From assembly GCA_965603825.1 (NCBI GenBank), contig CBFDEM010000012.1:744001-808000 (forward strand): a DNA stretch of 64,000 bases. Direction: 5' to 3'. Shown in pieces: positions 45,909 to 58,500 of the stretch (position 1 is its first letter; each line of letters starts with the position of its first letter). The notes under the pieces are model-generated. The model was not told the DNA's origin, made no database searches, and worked only from the letters and a program-made list of their open reading frames with translations. A program made the position numbers and the translations under genes. Origin of the DNA: Blepharisma stoltei ATCC 30299. Taxonomy: Eukaryota; Protista; Ciliophora.

Positions 45909-46751
45909 ATGGTGGATGCTGATGAAGTTTATGATGTCGAAATGTATAACATCCTAAAAGAAAACCCAATATTTTACCACTGTCATGAGTATACAATAAT
46001 CAAAGGTTTATCTCCAAGCAAAACATATTCACAAGATTGCTTATCTGGCATGAAAATACTCGATCTTGCATGTGGGCAAGGCCGAGAAATAGGCCATCTA
46101 CTAGAAAAAGGCGCCCAAGAGGTCATTGGGCTCGATATTTCACAAGAAATGGTCGAAACTGCAAAAAAATTATTATCACACATAGAATTCCCAGGTCGCA
46201 AGTTTTCAGTATATAGAGCAGACTGTTTTTCCTCACAAGAAGTCCTATCAGTTTTACCTTTATCCGAATACCAATGCTATTTTGATGCAATTTCAGCGTT
46301 TTGACTGCATTGCTGTGCTCAAAATTTAGAACGGCTAAGCGAAGGCTTTCTTTTATGCAATAAATTACTTAAGCTTGGAGGAGAAATGGCATTTATTACA
46401 GCGAATCCTAGAGTTGCTACAGAATATGAAACATTTAGAGAGCTCACAAGCCACGATTTTTTCGCTATATTAAAAAATCCTGGCAATTCTAATGGAATTC
46501 CTACTTCTGAAATTGCGTTTGTGGACCTACAAACCAGAGAGGAAAAATTCGTTTTGATAGCGTATATTTATTCTTTGGAGCAGTTTTCTATGGTATTAGG
46601 GGATAATGGATTTGAGATGGTAGAGTCTAGTGGATTTGAAGCAAACCCTGAGTTTAATTTAAATGGATTTTCAGAGCAGTTTCGGGCTTTGATATGCGGA
46701 GAGTACTCAGAGGGGTATTATATAAAGGCCAGAAAAGTCATCAATAAATAG
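45909..46751 (+). CDS. Class I SAM-dependent methyltransferase (ToxA-like pattern)
   Basis: KILDLACGQG, VIGLDISQEMV, FDAISAFW(TGA)LHCCA, LKLGG; joined across TGA 46302-46304. Confidence 0.88.
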
Positions 46752-46873
46752 TATATTAACAATCATGATAAATTTATTAGCATATATTAGATTATACTGA
46801 TACATAATGACGTATATCTGAGTTAAGAAGTTCTTATACTATATTATTCATCATATCTAAAAGCCTTAATATT

Positions 46874-47785
46874 ATGCAGCAGCCTAAAGAAAATGCTTTA
46901 TTAGTAGATAATAATTCAGCACTGTATATAACAATGGAAACTTCTAATAAAATTTTAGATGACACTCTCACAGCTAAAAGCTCTTTCTCTTTATTGAATT
47001 TTCAGCTCTCTTATGCACCTCAACCTGAATCTCCTTACTTATTTTTCTTCATAGAGAACACAAAAACAATACAAAAGCTAAATCTTGAGGATTGAAATTC
47101 TGAATTTTCTAATTATGAATTAAAAAGCAAAGTCCAATATATATCCAGCATCTGCAAGCTTCCAAATGGACAGCTTTTTTGCCTTGCAAATCTTGTCAGT
47201 GATAATTCAGGGACTGCATTTATCATCGAGGACACTAAAAGGATAACTTATCTTCCTTTTAATCAACATTTTTCATATACAGAAGGGATTTACTATCAAG
47301 ATGCGGTATATATTCTGGGCAAATTGGATACAGATTGTCAAAAATTTGACTTGAACAGTAAAAAATGAGTAACATTAGCAAAACTTCCAGGCCGTTTACA
47401 AGAGTGCAATGCTTTGAAGTTTGGAGGCAAAATTTTATATGCTGGGCGTGGAGAAATCGTCGGAATTTATGATTTTATTGCAAATTCCCATATGATAGCC
47501 TTGCAAACGTCCTCTGCATTAAATTATGCATTTATTTGAGACGATAGGGCATATATTGTGTCGAGTCATGTAGGAAGAGGTGTTTGGCTATACGAAAGCA
47601 AATATAAAAATCCATATGATTGGGAAATTATTGAAAATCTCTGCTTGGCTGCTGGAAATTCTTGAATTATAAGGTCCAAAACTGTATATCAAGGGTCATG
47701 GTATTTCGAATTGGATAACAAAGTTTACAGATTTCACTTGCAAACTAAAGATTTACGACTACTGAAATTAATAAATAAACCTTAA
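46874..47785 (+). CDS. Divergent kelch-like beta-propeller protein
   Basis: Frame open for 303 aa with four TGA-Trp; VYILG..KFDLNSKKWVTLAKLP kelch pattern. Confidence 0.8.
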
Positions 47786-47807
47786 AGATACAAATTTTAC
47801 AATAAAT

Positions 47808-48680
47808 TTAAACTAAATATGCTTTTTCTGCGATATCAGATAAATCAAACACGCTTTTAGCCTCATTTCCGTATGCGAAATAAGTCCACGCTTCTAGCTC
47901 TTTGTTTGACCTTAGTTTTCTAGGCAAGTTTCTTTCAAGCTGCACCCCAAAAGAATCAAATGGGTATCGTTTAGGCTTGAGTTTTTTGCTTATATTATTT
48001 TTATGTAATTTGTTCAAGCAAACTTCATAAGCTCTTGCTCCATCACCTATAAGTGATTTATGAGCAAATCTAACGCTAATTTGCTTTCTCTCAGAAGTAA
48101 TAGGCCTAATTGAGCTTTTTCTTTCAGCTGAAAAGATATCTTCGACATGATAGATCGTCGTCCTCTGCTGCTTATTAGGACGGAAGATAAAATCCTTCAT
48201 ATTTGAGTCCACGATTGAGGACCCGTCCCATTGGTTTTCCAAGATTCTGCTGGTCTCATCAGAAACAATTTCAGGAACTGGGACTTTTTTTTTGCTTTTT
48301 ATATAGGTGCTATTGTTTGGTAGGGAAATTTCTTTTGAAATTTCCAGGTTTACTGTATGTATTGGGACTTCAGGTTTTATGTAGGCTGAATCGCTAACTG
48401 ATGATTTTTCTAGTTCAGCTGATTCTTCTCTAGGAATTGTAGGAAGTCTTAAATAATGGATTTGTTTGTTTGTCAGCTTATTCTTTTCAACAAGGCTTCG
48501 GTGGATCAGTTCAAGCTTCCTACTTTCTTCTAGGAGCCCCAGCACATTTTTTGACTCATCATTATTTTTGAGTTTAGGCAGATGAGAGACTGGAACTGAT
48601 TTTCGGCTTTGGAGGGCTGAAGAGTTTGTTTGGGTTAAAAAATTTGCATTAGGGTTTGCATAAGGGATTGAAAATTCCAT
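47808..48680 (-). CDS. Hypothetical protein
   Basis: 290-aa ATG ORF, no recognised domain. Confidence 0.7.
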   Translation of the reverse strand: MEFSIPYANPNANFLTQTNSSALQSRKSVPVSHLPKLKNNDESKNVLGLLEESRKLELIHRSLVEKNKLTNKQIHYLRLPTIPREESAELEKSSVSDSAYIKPEVPIHTVNLEISKEISLPNNSTYIKSKKKVPVPEIVSDETSRILENQWDGSSIVDSNMKDFIFRPNKQQRTTIYHVEDIFSAERKSSIRPITSERKQISVRFAHKSLIGDGARAYEVCLNKLHKNNISKKLKPKRYPFDSFGVQLERNLPRKLRSNKELEAWTYFAYGNEAKSVFDLSDIAEKAYLV

Positions 48681-48922
48681 CAATTATTATAACTAACCAT
48701 TTCTATCAAGGATTACTAATTTTAATAAATATTTTTTAATTTTAAAAAATAACAACAATGCCTCATTTGGCTTTATTCCAATTATAAGCCTTTTGGCTGG
48801 TTTAAAACATTAAATTTTTTATCCCAAATAAATATGCCAATTAAATTTTCTTTTTTTTTGTCAATGAAGGGAAAAAAATCAAATGATAGCTCATCCTTGA
48901 AACGGATTATTTAAATATAAAA

Positions 48923-50635
48923 ATGTCAAAGAAAGGAGAAGTCAAGATAGCGATCAATTTGGAGAAATTTGTGAACATAGAGCTTTTTAAACAAGGGATT
49001 TACCAGATTCGAATAAAACTATATTACACGTACCAAAATAAGGTAAGAAATAAATAGCTCAGTTACGCAAAGCCCATATTTTTTTGATTTTTCAGCAAAA
49101 AGCTAGGAAGATCTGACCCGAATTATGTTTCCCCATCATATATCCAAGACACTGACCACTCATATTGCTCCTGCTCCTTTCTGATCAGGTACCAAAAAGA
49201 AAAATTTAATCTTAATGAGCTTTGTGTTTTTTTATGCGAGGTCCCGCTTTATTTATCGTCCCCATTGTTTCTTGAAGCAGAACTTTTGTACGATAATCTT
49301 GATTTTCAAGCAGAAGCTGAAAGCCCTAGGCTTAAACTTGCAGATAGAAATGCTAATTTAAAGCCTGTATCTGTAAAAAGATATATCATAGCAAATATTT
49401 GAGAAACAGCCGATCAATATATTCCATTGAATTTTGAGCCTGAGTATTTCTGTGTGGTGGAGTCTGTAATTCATATTTTTTCTTCTACGTCTACAATTTC
49501 ATTGGACGGAATGATAAAAAGATATTATGACTCAAATATTAATTTCTTAGAATTTTTGAAAGCAACTTTTCATTATAAAAGCCGGGCATATTTCAACCAA
49601 TTCATTTCTGATGAAGAATTGAATGAGGGACATAATCCAATTGATAGAAAAATAAAAGTCAGAAATTTGAGATTTCGGTTGAAATTGCACTTAAATCCTG
49701 AGCCAAGTTTTATATATCCTGAGCATTTTTTTTCAAAAAATATAAATTTCCAGCCAATTTTCGTAGTTGAGAATTCAAATGATATTTTAGGGGAAACTGC
49801 TTTTCAGCCACAAGAAATTGATGATAATCCATATTGAAGAGTTAATGATATTTATCTTTTAGTATTAGTGCATGGGTTTCAAGGGAGCTCTCATGATATG
49901 ACACTAATTAAAGGCTACCTTAGCCACTTGTACCCTAATTTGACAATTTTAAATTCAAAATTCAATGAAAATTTATCAAACCATACAATTGGGTTCCAAG
50001 GAAAAAATCTTGCAACTGAAATAAACCAATTTTTAAGGGTCAATAATATTTCTCTTTCCCGTCTGAAGGTTTCTTTTTTAGCTCATTCACTAGGTGGGCT
50101 GATCGTTCGTGCTGCACTTCCTCATTTAGCTTTCTTAAAAAACAATATGTATTGCCTTATAACTTTGTCCACTCCCCACCTTGGTCTTGTAGCTTCATGA
50201 AGCCCATTATTTGAGTTCGGCAAATGGCTTATCAAAAAATGGCAAAATTCTCGGTCATTCGAGCAAATGTCCCTTTCTGACACTTCCCTGTCTAAACGAA
50301 GCTATATTTATGAATTAAGCAAAACCCCAGGCTTAGAATATTTTGAAAAAATTGTCTTATTTAGCTCCCCTGACGATATTTACGTTTCACAAGATTCTGC
50401 ACGAATAGAAAATAGTCAAAATTACTGCGAAGACCCTATTTATAGAGAAATGATTAATAATATATATGAAAGGGTAAATAAAGAAAAAGTCACTAAAATT
50501 GATGTGCATTTTAAGCAGACTAGTTTGGGGAAGATGCTTGTGTGCTGCAGAAATAGGCATATTGACTTTATTGATAATCCTTATTTTGTAAAGATGTTGT
50601 GCTACAGCTTTCCGAAACTGTTCTTACAAGCATAA
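48923..50635 (+). CDS. FAM135-like protein with DUF676 alpha/beta-hydrolase domain
   Basis: FVNIELFKQGIYQIR N-terminus; VLVHGFQG, SFLAHSLGGLIVR, TLSTPHLG; intron 49043-49057; TGA-Trp at 49085, 49400, 49835, 50198. Confidence 0.88.
49043..49057 (+). other. 15-nt intron
   Basis: GTAAGAAATAAATAG, in-frame TAG. Confidence 0.88.
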
Positions 50636-50831
50636 AAATAAAATTCTAAAAATTATTATAATTAAAAATGGCTGTTCTGATATTTTAATTGTAGAAATGG
50701 TGAATTTCTAATTGTAATTAGTAATATTGCAACCTAAAAAGACTCAAAATTCGTGTTTATATTTAATATTTCATTTAGCATAATAAATTGGAGATATTCT
50801 GCAAGCCAATTATTTGAAATAATTGTTAAAT

Positions 50832-51248
50832 ATGGCTGCAGTTTTTGTAAAGATAGCAATAGCCGGAATTATTTTAGTAGCGATAGCAGCAAAAGAAGAA
50901 CCGATAAGAGAAAACCTTAAAAAATTTGCCAAATGGCTAAAAAGAAAAATAAAGGGGAAAAAGGTGAAAGTTCCCACTGAAAGAAGAGAGAATGATGAAA
51001 CTGAGCAAGATGCTGAAGGAATGGAAGCGCTCTTATGCCCAATTTCTCATGAATTGATGACAAATCCTGTCATAACACCCTATGGGCACTGTTTTCAAAG
51101 GGAGCATATAGAGAGATGGCTGGAAAGTCATGATTTCTGCCCATTAACTAGGCAAAACTTATCAAGAAGAGACCTTAAACCATGCTATACTTTGAAATAT
51201 GCTGTCGATCAGTATATTAAGCTTCAAGACAAGCTTAAATTTGAGTAA
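50832..51248 (+). CDS. U-box E3 ligase with N-terminal membrane anchor
   Basis: Hydrophobic N-terminus; LLCPISHELMTNPVITPYGHCFQREHIERWL..CPLTRQ. Confidence 0.9.
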   Translation: MAAVFVKIAIAGIILVAIAAKEEPIRENLKKFAKWLKRKIKGKKVKVPTERRENDETEQDAEGMEALLCPISHELMTNPVITPYGHCFQREHIERWLESHDFCPLTRQNLSRRDLKPCYTLKYAVDQYIKLQDKLKFE

Positions 51249-51480
51249 TTAACTTATCATATATAAATTTCAAACCAAATTAAAAAATTCGATTTTCTAA
51301 ATTTTTATTTTTAAAAATCTACCATATTTAGCTTTCCAAAACTATTTTTTCTCTCAGCTCTAAATCTTATATTAATTTGTCTTCCGAAAAGGATTATTAT
51401 GATGAAAGATCAAAAATATTATAAATTCTAGTCTTATTGATATATTTTCTCAATATTTCTATTAAGCAGACCAATAATAA

Positions 51481-52390
51481 ATGGAAAGCAATAGTTTAGT
51501 TCCTCCACTAGCATTAGGCAATTCAGACGAAACAGACGAAATAATGTAAGATTTTACATAGTAAACAGCTAGAAACCCAAAGAACTACATATGAAAAATC
51601 AGGCCAGTTCCTCGAAGCTGAAAAAGTCCATCAAAGAATCCTCGATCTTAAAGCAGACCAAAAAAAAAGACGTGAAGATGAGCTCTCTGAGCGCCAAGCC
51701 AAAGAAGCTGCCGAATTAGAAACCACTTTTGAAGAAGAATTTAAAGCATTTAACGACGATTGGGACAATCGCATGAACACTTATAAAGAAAACTGCAAAG
51801 AAATGGAACAGCAAATGAGAAATAAACAAGAAAACGAGTTTGAGACCACCAAAAAAAGCTTAGAAGAAACAATCCCAATTATCCCAAAGCATTCTTCTGA
51901 GTATTTAAATCTTAAAAGAATCCAAGACACCTTAGTCAGAAATAAAGAATACGTAGAAGCTCACGCAATCCAGCAGCAGATGCTTGAGTTAGAAGAAAAC
52001 GAAAAAAAAGACTGAGGAAAAGACAGAGACACTCAAATTTCATTGAGTTTGGGAACTTTGGCCAAAAGGCATGAACACGAAATAGAGGCATTTAAGCTAA
52101 AAGCCAGCAAAGGCTTTGATGAACTTAAGAAATTAAGAGCTTCAGAGATGGAAAGCTTGCTAAAGAGGTACCAGAACTTAAAAGCTGAGCAGAAAAACAA
52201 CCACAAGCTGCAGAAAAATAGGTTTTACGGCAAACATACCACTGGGTCTGGGCTTTATAAAACAGAAAACACTGCTTCTTCAAAAGTGTTATTTAGCCCT
52301 AGGGCTCAATTAAATAGGCCATCAACAGCAGCTCTTAGGCTGACAGTTGAAAGCCAAAACGAAAATAATTCTCAAGTTAATAATCTTTAA
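51481..52390 (+). CDS. Coiled-coil protein of unknown function
   Basis: ATG 51481, 16-nt intron 51546-51561, TGA 52013-52015 as Trp. Confidence 0.8.
51546..51561 (+). other. 16-nt intron
   Basis: GTAAGATTTTACATAG; removal joins ATG 51481 to the downstream frame. Confidence 0.82.
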
Positions 52391-52411
52391 AAAAATTTAA
52401 AGGAAAAACGC

Positions 52412-53293
52412 ATGTCAGAAAATCCTGCATTTAAGCCACTTAAGGTCAAGAGAAAAGAAAAGCTTGACAATAATTTAGGAATTAATGAATTGAACGCCAG
52501 AAGACTGTTTAGAAAACTATCTCCAATACAGAGCCCAGCAGCCTCACAGCCACTTTCTCATATGCAGATGTTTCCAGCATACATGATTGATTACAAGAAG
52601 TGAAAAAACGAAAGCGAAACCAAAAAAAAGCGATCTCCTATCAGAATCCAAACAAAAATAAAATTCTCAAGAAATCTAGACACTTTGCAGAATCTGCAGC
52701 CTGGGGACTGTGCGAAATATATAAAATCGTGCTTTAAAGGACGCCATAAGAGGCACCACTCGACGAATTCTATTTTAGATTTTGCAGCAGTTCACAATGC
52801 AAGTTTAGAGAATACGAATTGCAGCACGAGGCACCAAGGTAATTCTGATGACTCAGAAGAGGAGCCTAAAAAGTTGCAGCTTAAAGTCCCTCAATCACGC
52901 TTGGATTTGGCTAATTTAAGGAAAATAAAAATGAAGCTTTCCAAATCAGAGCTGCATATTGACAATTGCAACCTATCAATAACTGAAAAAAAGAAAAGAA
53001 AGCAAGAAAGGTGAAGAAAAATTGAAAGAAATATAGAAGAATATAATAAAAGAAAATATAATACCAGCAGCTTGTCAGAATCCATGGACTCCCAAGCAAA
53101 TATCGCGAAATCAAGCAATGATTTACTTTGCATTTGCAAAGATAATGGGATTTATATCCCCAAGCCGAAATTCGTAAAGCAGACTTTCAAGCCAGACACT
53201 CTTGAAAAATTCAGCAAATTATTTAGAGAAACTATTGTAGGTTTATGTAAAAGTACGATTATGAATACACATATTAAAAAGAAAAGCTTATAA
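52412..53293 (+). CDS. Basic hypothetical protein
   Basis: Three ORFs in one frame across TGA 52601 and 53012. Confidence 0.75.
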
Positions 53294-53490
53294 ACAGAAC
53301 GTTTTAATTTTTAATTATTTTACCGTTATTTATAGAAAGTAGTGCTATACAGATTACACCATATTGTAAACAAGTAAAGTTTGCCAAATTTGTTCCTCCA
53401 GTTCTTTGGAGAATATTATATGGTAGTTTGCACTAATAAATTAAATAATGAATTAATTGGCTTCCATTGAATTATAGTAATTCATAAAAT

Positions 53491-55131
53491 ATGCAAATAG
53501 CAGAATCGATTTCAAAATTCCACAGAAACGTTCCTGAGCTCGCAATCCGCAGGAAAACAGTTGTTGATAATAAAGAAAAAAGTCATCAAATTGAACGAAG
53601 TGATTTTGCTGACATAATTAAAGCTCAAAATATTAATAGCATCCCGAAATCGTTTACAGATGATCTAAACACTCTTGCTGTTCATGTCCCAGGACTAAAA
53701 CACCAGAGGCAATCCTCAGTTACAGATCTTAAAAGATCTTATACAGAGCGCACACTTCTTAACGATGAGCCAGATTCAGCCAATGAGCTCAGCTCAAAAC
53801 TGAAAAACCGAGGATCAATAAGCAGTAGCCTGCATTATCAATTTCTCGATAAAATTTCCATTGAAGAATGACGCATTATTCATAGCGAAATATATGAAAT
53901 AGCAGAAAATACAAGGATAGGGCTACTTGAAAAAGTGTCAGGTTTAGGTATTTCAAAGCTGTCTCCTGAGGATATAAAAGAAATCAGACAATTAGGAAAA
54001 AACTCCTGCTTACTATGTGGTTGCAGCTGCCGAGCTAATAACAAAAACTTACCAAGAAATTTATCCCAATTAAAGCCAGAGCAGGCAAATTCTTTCCCAC
54101 AGACTAATATTTCTACTTTTGACCTTTCTGAAACAGCAAGCTTTAAGCGGTGTAAAAAATGCTTATGCCTAACCAATGTCTCAGACTCCAGTTCTTATTG
54201 TGAATATTGCTTGATTTCTCCAGTAAATGAAGCAATGCTAAATGACCAAATCGCTATTATTATGCAGATCAAGTCAAATTTAGAGATGCCGATAAGAAGC
54301 CAGAAATCGTCAAGAAATCACGATCCGCCACCGATTTCTTCAAATATGTTTGAAAATGGGAGGCTTAAATCAATAACCCCACCGAAGAGAAGACTGCCAA
54401 GCATATCTGGATGCTCTTCTAAAGAAATGCAGCAGGAAACCAGCCCTTTTGCAATTGATTTTTCTATAGGAGGAAATAAGCTGTCATTGGACTTATCGTT
54501 AAAATCGCAATATTTAAGGGTGATAATACCTCAATTTATTAATCAAAAAGAGACAAATGAAGGTAAGCGGCAAAATAACCCAGAAGCTTTAATGCAAACT
54601 TCTTTTACTCAGCTAGCGCCTCCATTTTCAATAAAAAACCCGATAACTCCCTGCTTTAAAGATCCAAATGAAGGGTCTAATAATGACGCAACTTCAGCTG
54701 ATATGAGTCGGATTATCAAGATAATCGGAAAACTAAAAGCTACTTGCGCACATTTGCAGAGTAAGTCCATAAGTTTGCTGAAGCAGATCATTGCTGATGG
54801 TTCAGATTATAAAAGTTTGTACCTTGACTATTTGGTTTGTATGAGTTCTATTCTTAAAGGGATTTACAAGGTATTTCCACAGCACGCTCAGCCGCTTGAG
54901 GCTATGATGAAATGTGTTTCTTTGCTTTTTGAGATAATGATGCAGAAAATTGAGAGTCTCACTCAAGAATCCTTGAGTTTTAAAGTAAAAGCGATCAGTT
55001 TGCAAGCTGAGATACAGAAAAAAGAAGAAGAGCATGAAGCGCAGTATTCTCAAATGAACAATATCCTTCAGAAATATGAAGGGATTATTGATTATTACAA
55101 GAACTGTGAGGCAAAATCTCTAAATGTTTAA
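53491..55131 (+). CDS. Hypothetical protein with Cys cluster and C-terminal coiled coil
   Basis: Joined across TGA 53869-53871; CLLCGCSC..CKKCLC..CEYC. Confidence 0.75.
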
Positions 55132-55564
55132 GTAAAATTATCCCATAAAAAATTAAAAATAATTCACTCAAAAGAAAAGAATTAATTTATGTCATTATGA
55201 TGCATTTGAATAGGCAAAACGCTATTAGGACTAAGCTTTTATATATAATTCTGGCCTATAAGACTCTAAAAATACTTTAAAAGTTTCTTTGAATTATTCG
55301 AAACAATTAATGAGAGCTAATGTAGAAATTCCCTCTCTGATAAATTCGCACAATAATATCCTTTCTGGCGTTTAGAAATCCCATGATTATTTTACATCCT
55401 AAAAGTGATTCAATCATATGGTAAAAGATCAATCAGAAACAAGCTATATCGCTATAATTATTTCATAATTAAGCATAAATGCCATTATTGTTTTTAGGAA
55501 AATGCTGAAAAATAAAGCATTAAACACCCATGTGAACTTTCTTAAATTATAATAATTATGATTA

Positions 55565-58500
55565 CTAATATCTTGCTTGATTCTCTTCTTCCCCTTCTTC
55601 TCCTTCATTTTCAGCTTTATCCATCATTGACCTTAATTCACTCACTGGGTCTGGCAACAACTTCAGCTGGCCAGAAGTTATACTTTGGTTGCACATAGGA
55701 CAGGTCGGCTCAGACTCCAACGACCTGACCAACTCTGACAATATTGCAGGGAATTTACAATTTGGACATTGGCTCCATTCCTTCAAAATCATATGCTTTC
55801 CTGATGCAACACAGTAAGGAATCGAGTTCTTGCAGCTCTCACACTCTAATTCATAATCAAAAATATAAGCATTACAAAACGGACACTGAGAAGTTGTCTC
55901 CTCTGGGTCAGCAACTTTTGGCCTTTTAATTGCTACTTTTTCAATAGGTTTCTTGTATTTTTCATCTAAATACACTCTATATTCAGGCCTAACCAGCACA
56001 CAGGCCCAGTTGTAAGCAGCTTCTTTAAGCCCAGCTTTGGTGCATTCTAAGACTGTAGATGTTAGGATTTGTACAGTGTGGGCTGGGAATTGAGAAATAT
56101 TCTTGCCAACTCGGTTCAAAAGTTTGGCAGCGGCTAAATGGTCTTGCAGCTTGGCGAGCCTTTTTACAATGACATAGGAGTGGACGATCATGAGCTTATT
56201 CTGCATTGCTTGAGGAACTCTTTGGCCTTCTTCTCTTAAGCGTTTTGTGGTGTCGTATAATATGGTGTGAGCTTTTTTATAGTTTCCTGCTTCCATCTCT
56301 TCAGTGGCTATAATTATTGCAGTATTTGCAGCTTCTTTAAGCCTTCCCATCACTAAATTTAGCCTAAAAATGTACTTAGGGTCCTTTGGAATCCCATCCC
56401 CCATTTCTCCCATAAAAAAGTCATATAATTGCATAGAAATTACGTCGCTTTTGGCTCTTCCCGCCATATCTATAGCTTCATCATAATACTCCTCCCCAGC
56501 CTGCATATAAAGCTGCAAGCATTTCTGCAGATTCCCTGCTTTCTCATAATGCCTAGCAGCTAGCCAAGGCTTATCTTGTCCTTCAGCAACAAGCGCAATT
56601 TTCACATGCTCTTCTACATTTTTATCATCTCTTTCTAGTACAATTTTTGAGTATTTTTCTATTAACTTATTGCTTTGAGCTAATACGGAAGCGTCCTGTT
56701 TTCTCTCAGCCATAATTAAAAATTCCAAGGCTTCTTCTTTTTTGCCTTTGTCAATTAAATAATCAGCCATCATAGAAGCTGCAGCTGTAGTTGGGCATTT
56801 TGTTTTTATTAAAGTTTTAGCTCTGTCTGGGTTATCAAGTGTCCCAAGATTAAGTCTTATCACGCTTTCGAAATCCCCAGCCTTTTCATAAGCTTCTTCT
56901 GCTTCTTTAAAAGAATTTTCAGCTTCTTTAGCTTTGGCCAACTGAATAAGGAGTTTTGGGGTCTTAATGACGCTCATAAGTTCAAGAGCTTCTTTCCATT
57001 TTTTCAGCCTGATATATAAGCTGGCTGCTTTTTCAGGCTGTCCTCCACTTTTGTAGAGCTGAGCAGCTTCAATGTAATGCTTCATTTGTTCACATACTTG
57101 GGCACAGTCTACTTTTAGCTGGGGATCGTTCAGTTCTAAAGCAATTTTATTGCCTCGGGTGATGTCGCCATTTCTTATGCTGGTCCTGGCCATTCCTGCG
57201 TAACTCTGCATAAGATTTTGGTTCAGCTCTTGAGAAGATAGTCCTGAGCCTTGCATGCTCTGAGCTGCTCTTTCAAATAGTCGTAAAGCTTCAGAATAAT
57301 TTCCTTGGGCTTCTAATTGTAAAGCCAGCTGTTTGCTAATGATTGGTTCTTCTTCTGGAGCTACAGATCTGGCAAGCTGTAAGGCAATAATTCAGTCCTG
57401 TAGGTCACATCTCATTTCTAAAGCTAGCTTCGGCTGTGAGGATTTCATATACAAATCTTGAGCTAAATCATGCTGATGTAAAATTAAAGCGACATTTCCA
57501 AGTAAAATCTGTTTTTCACTCTCATGCTTCATATTTTTAATAGCATACACCATCCCTACATTTTTAGAAATCTGATAAGCGCGCTCAGCTACCTCAAGAT
57601 CAAGATTTTGCAAGGCTAAATTTCCTAGCACCTCAGGGATTTTTACTCCTCCCAGCTTTTCTGCTACCAAAAAGCACTGTTGAAACCGCTTTAGCGATAA
57701 ATTTTGCAAGAAAAATTTATAATGGCCTTCTGGGGTATCACTTCTGCCTCTCCATTGGTTCAAGTACGTGTGGCTTGACAAAAAGTTTCCTTTGACATTC
57801 CCTTGTGATTCAGATAAGCAAAATAAAATTCCATTAAAAAGCAGCACCGGTTTTTGGCCTTTTTCTATAATAGTCACAGACTCCCTTAAATTCTTATCCA
57901 AATCTTCTACAGATAAAAGCTCCCTTACTGGCTCTATAGTAGCCCCATATAGTGTTACCGGACTATAAAGAAACGCCAGAACTTTTTCAGCTTCACAAAT
58001 GACAAATAAATTTTGGTCAGACGTGTCCCATATCACTTTAAGCACGCTGCTTGAAAAATTGGGAATGCTGAGTCTTTTTTCATTAGCTGGGGTGTATAAA
58101 AATCCAGCCCCAGTCACGTCTTTGACAACCACTTTAGTGCCGGTTTGGCTTGGATATACAGCCGCTATTGGGGATTCCATCCTATATTCACTTACAAAAT
58201 TCATATCTTCTAGCGAAAAGCATCTAATCCTATTAGAAGCGTCGCCAATAAACAAGAAACTTGGGCTCATAGCGATGCAAGCGACTTTTTCATCATTTCC
58301 TTCAGGAAACTGCTTTTCTGCTTTAGGGTCGTCGTTTTCTATTAAATGCAGAGAACAAATCCCATCAGAAAGAGTAGCGGTCCAGGCATGGTTAATTACC
58401 ATACTTTTGGCGCTGCCGCGGTAATCCCTTTTTCTTACACAGACTCCGCCGTCAATTAGGTCTTTTTTGTGGTCTCTTCATCTGTAGTACCATACACTGG

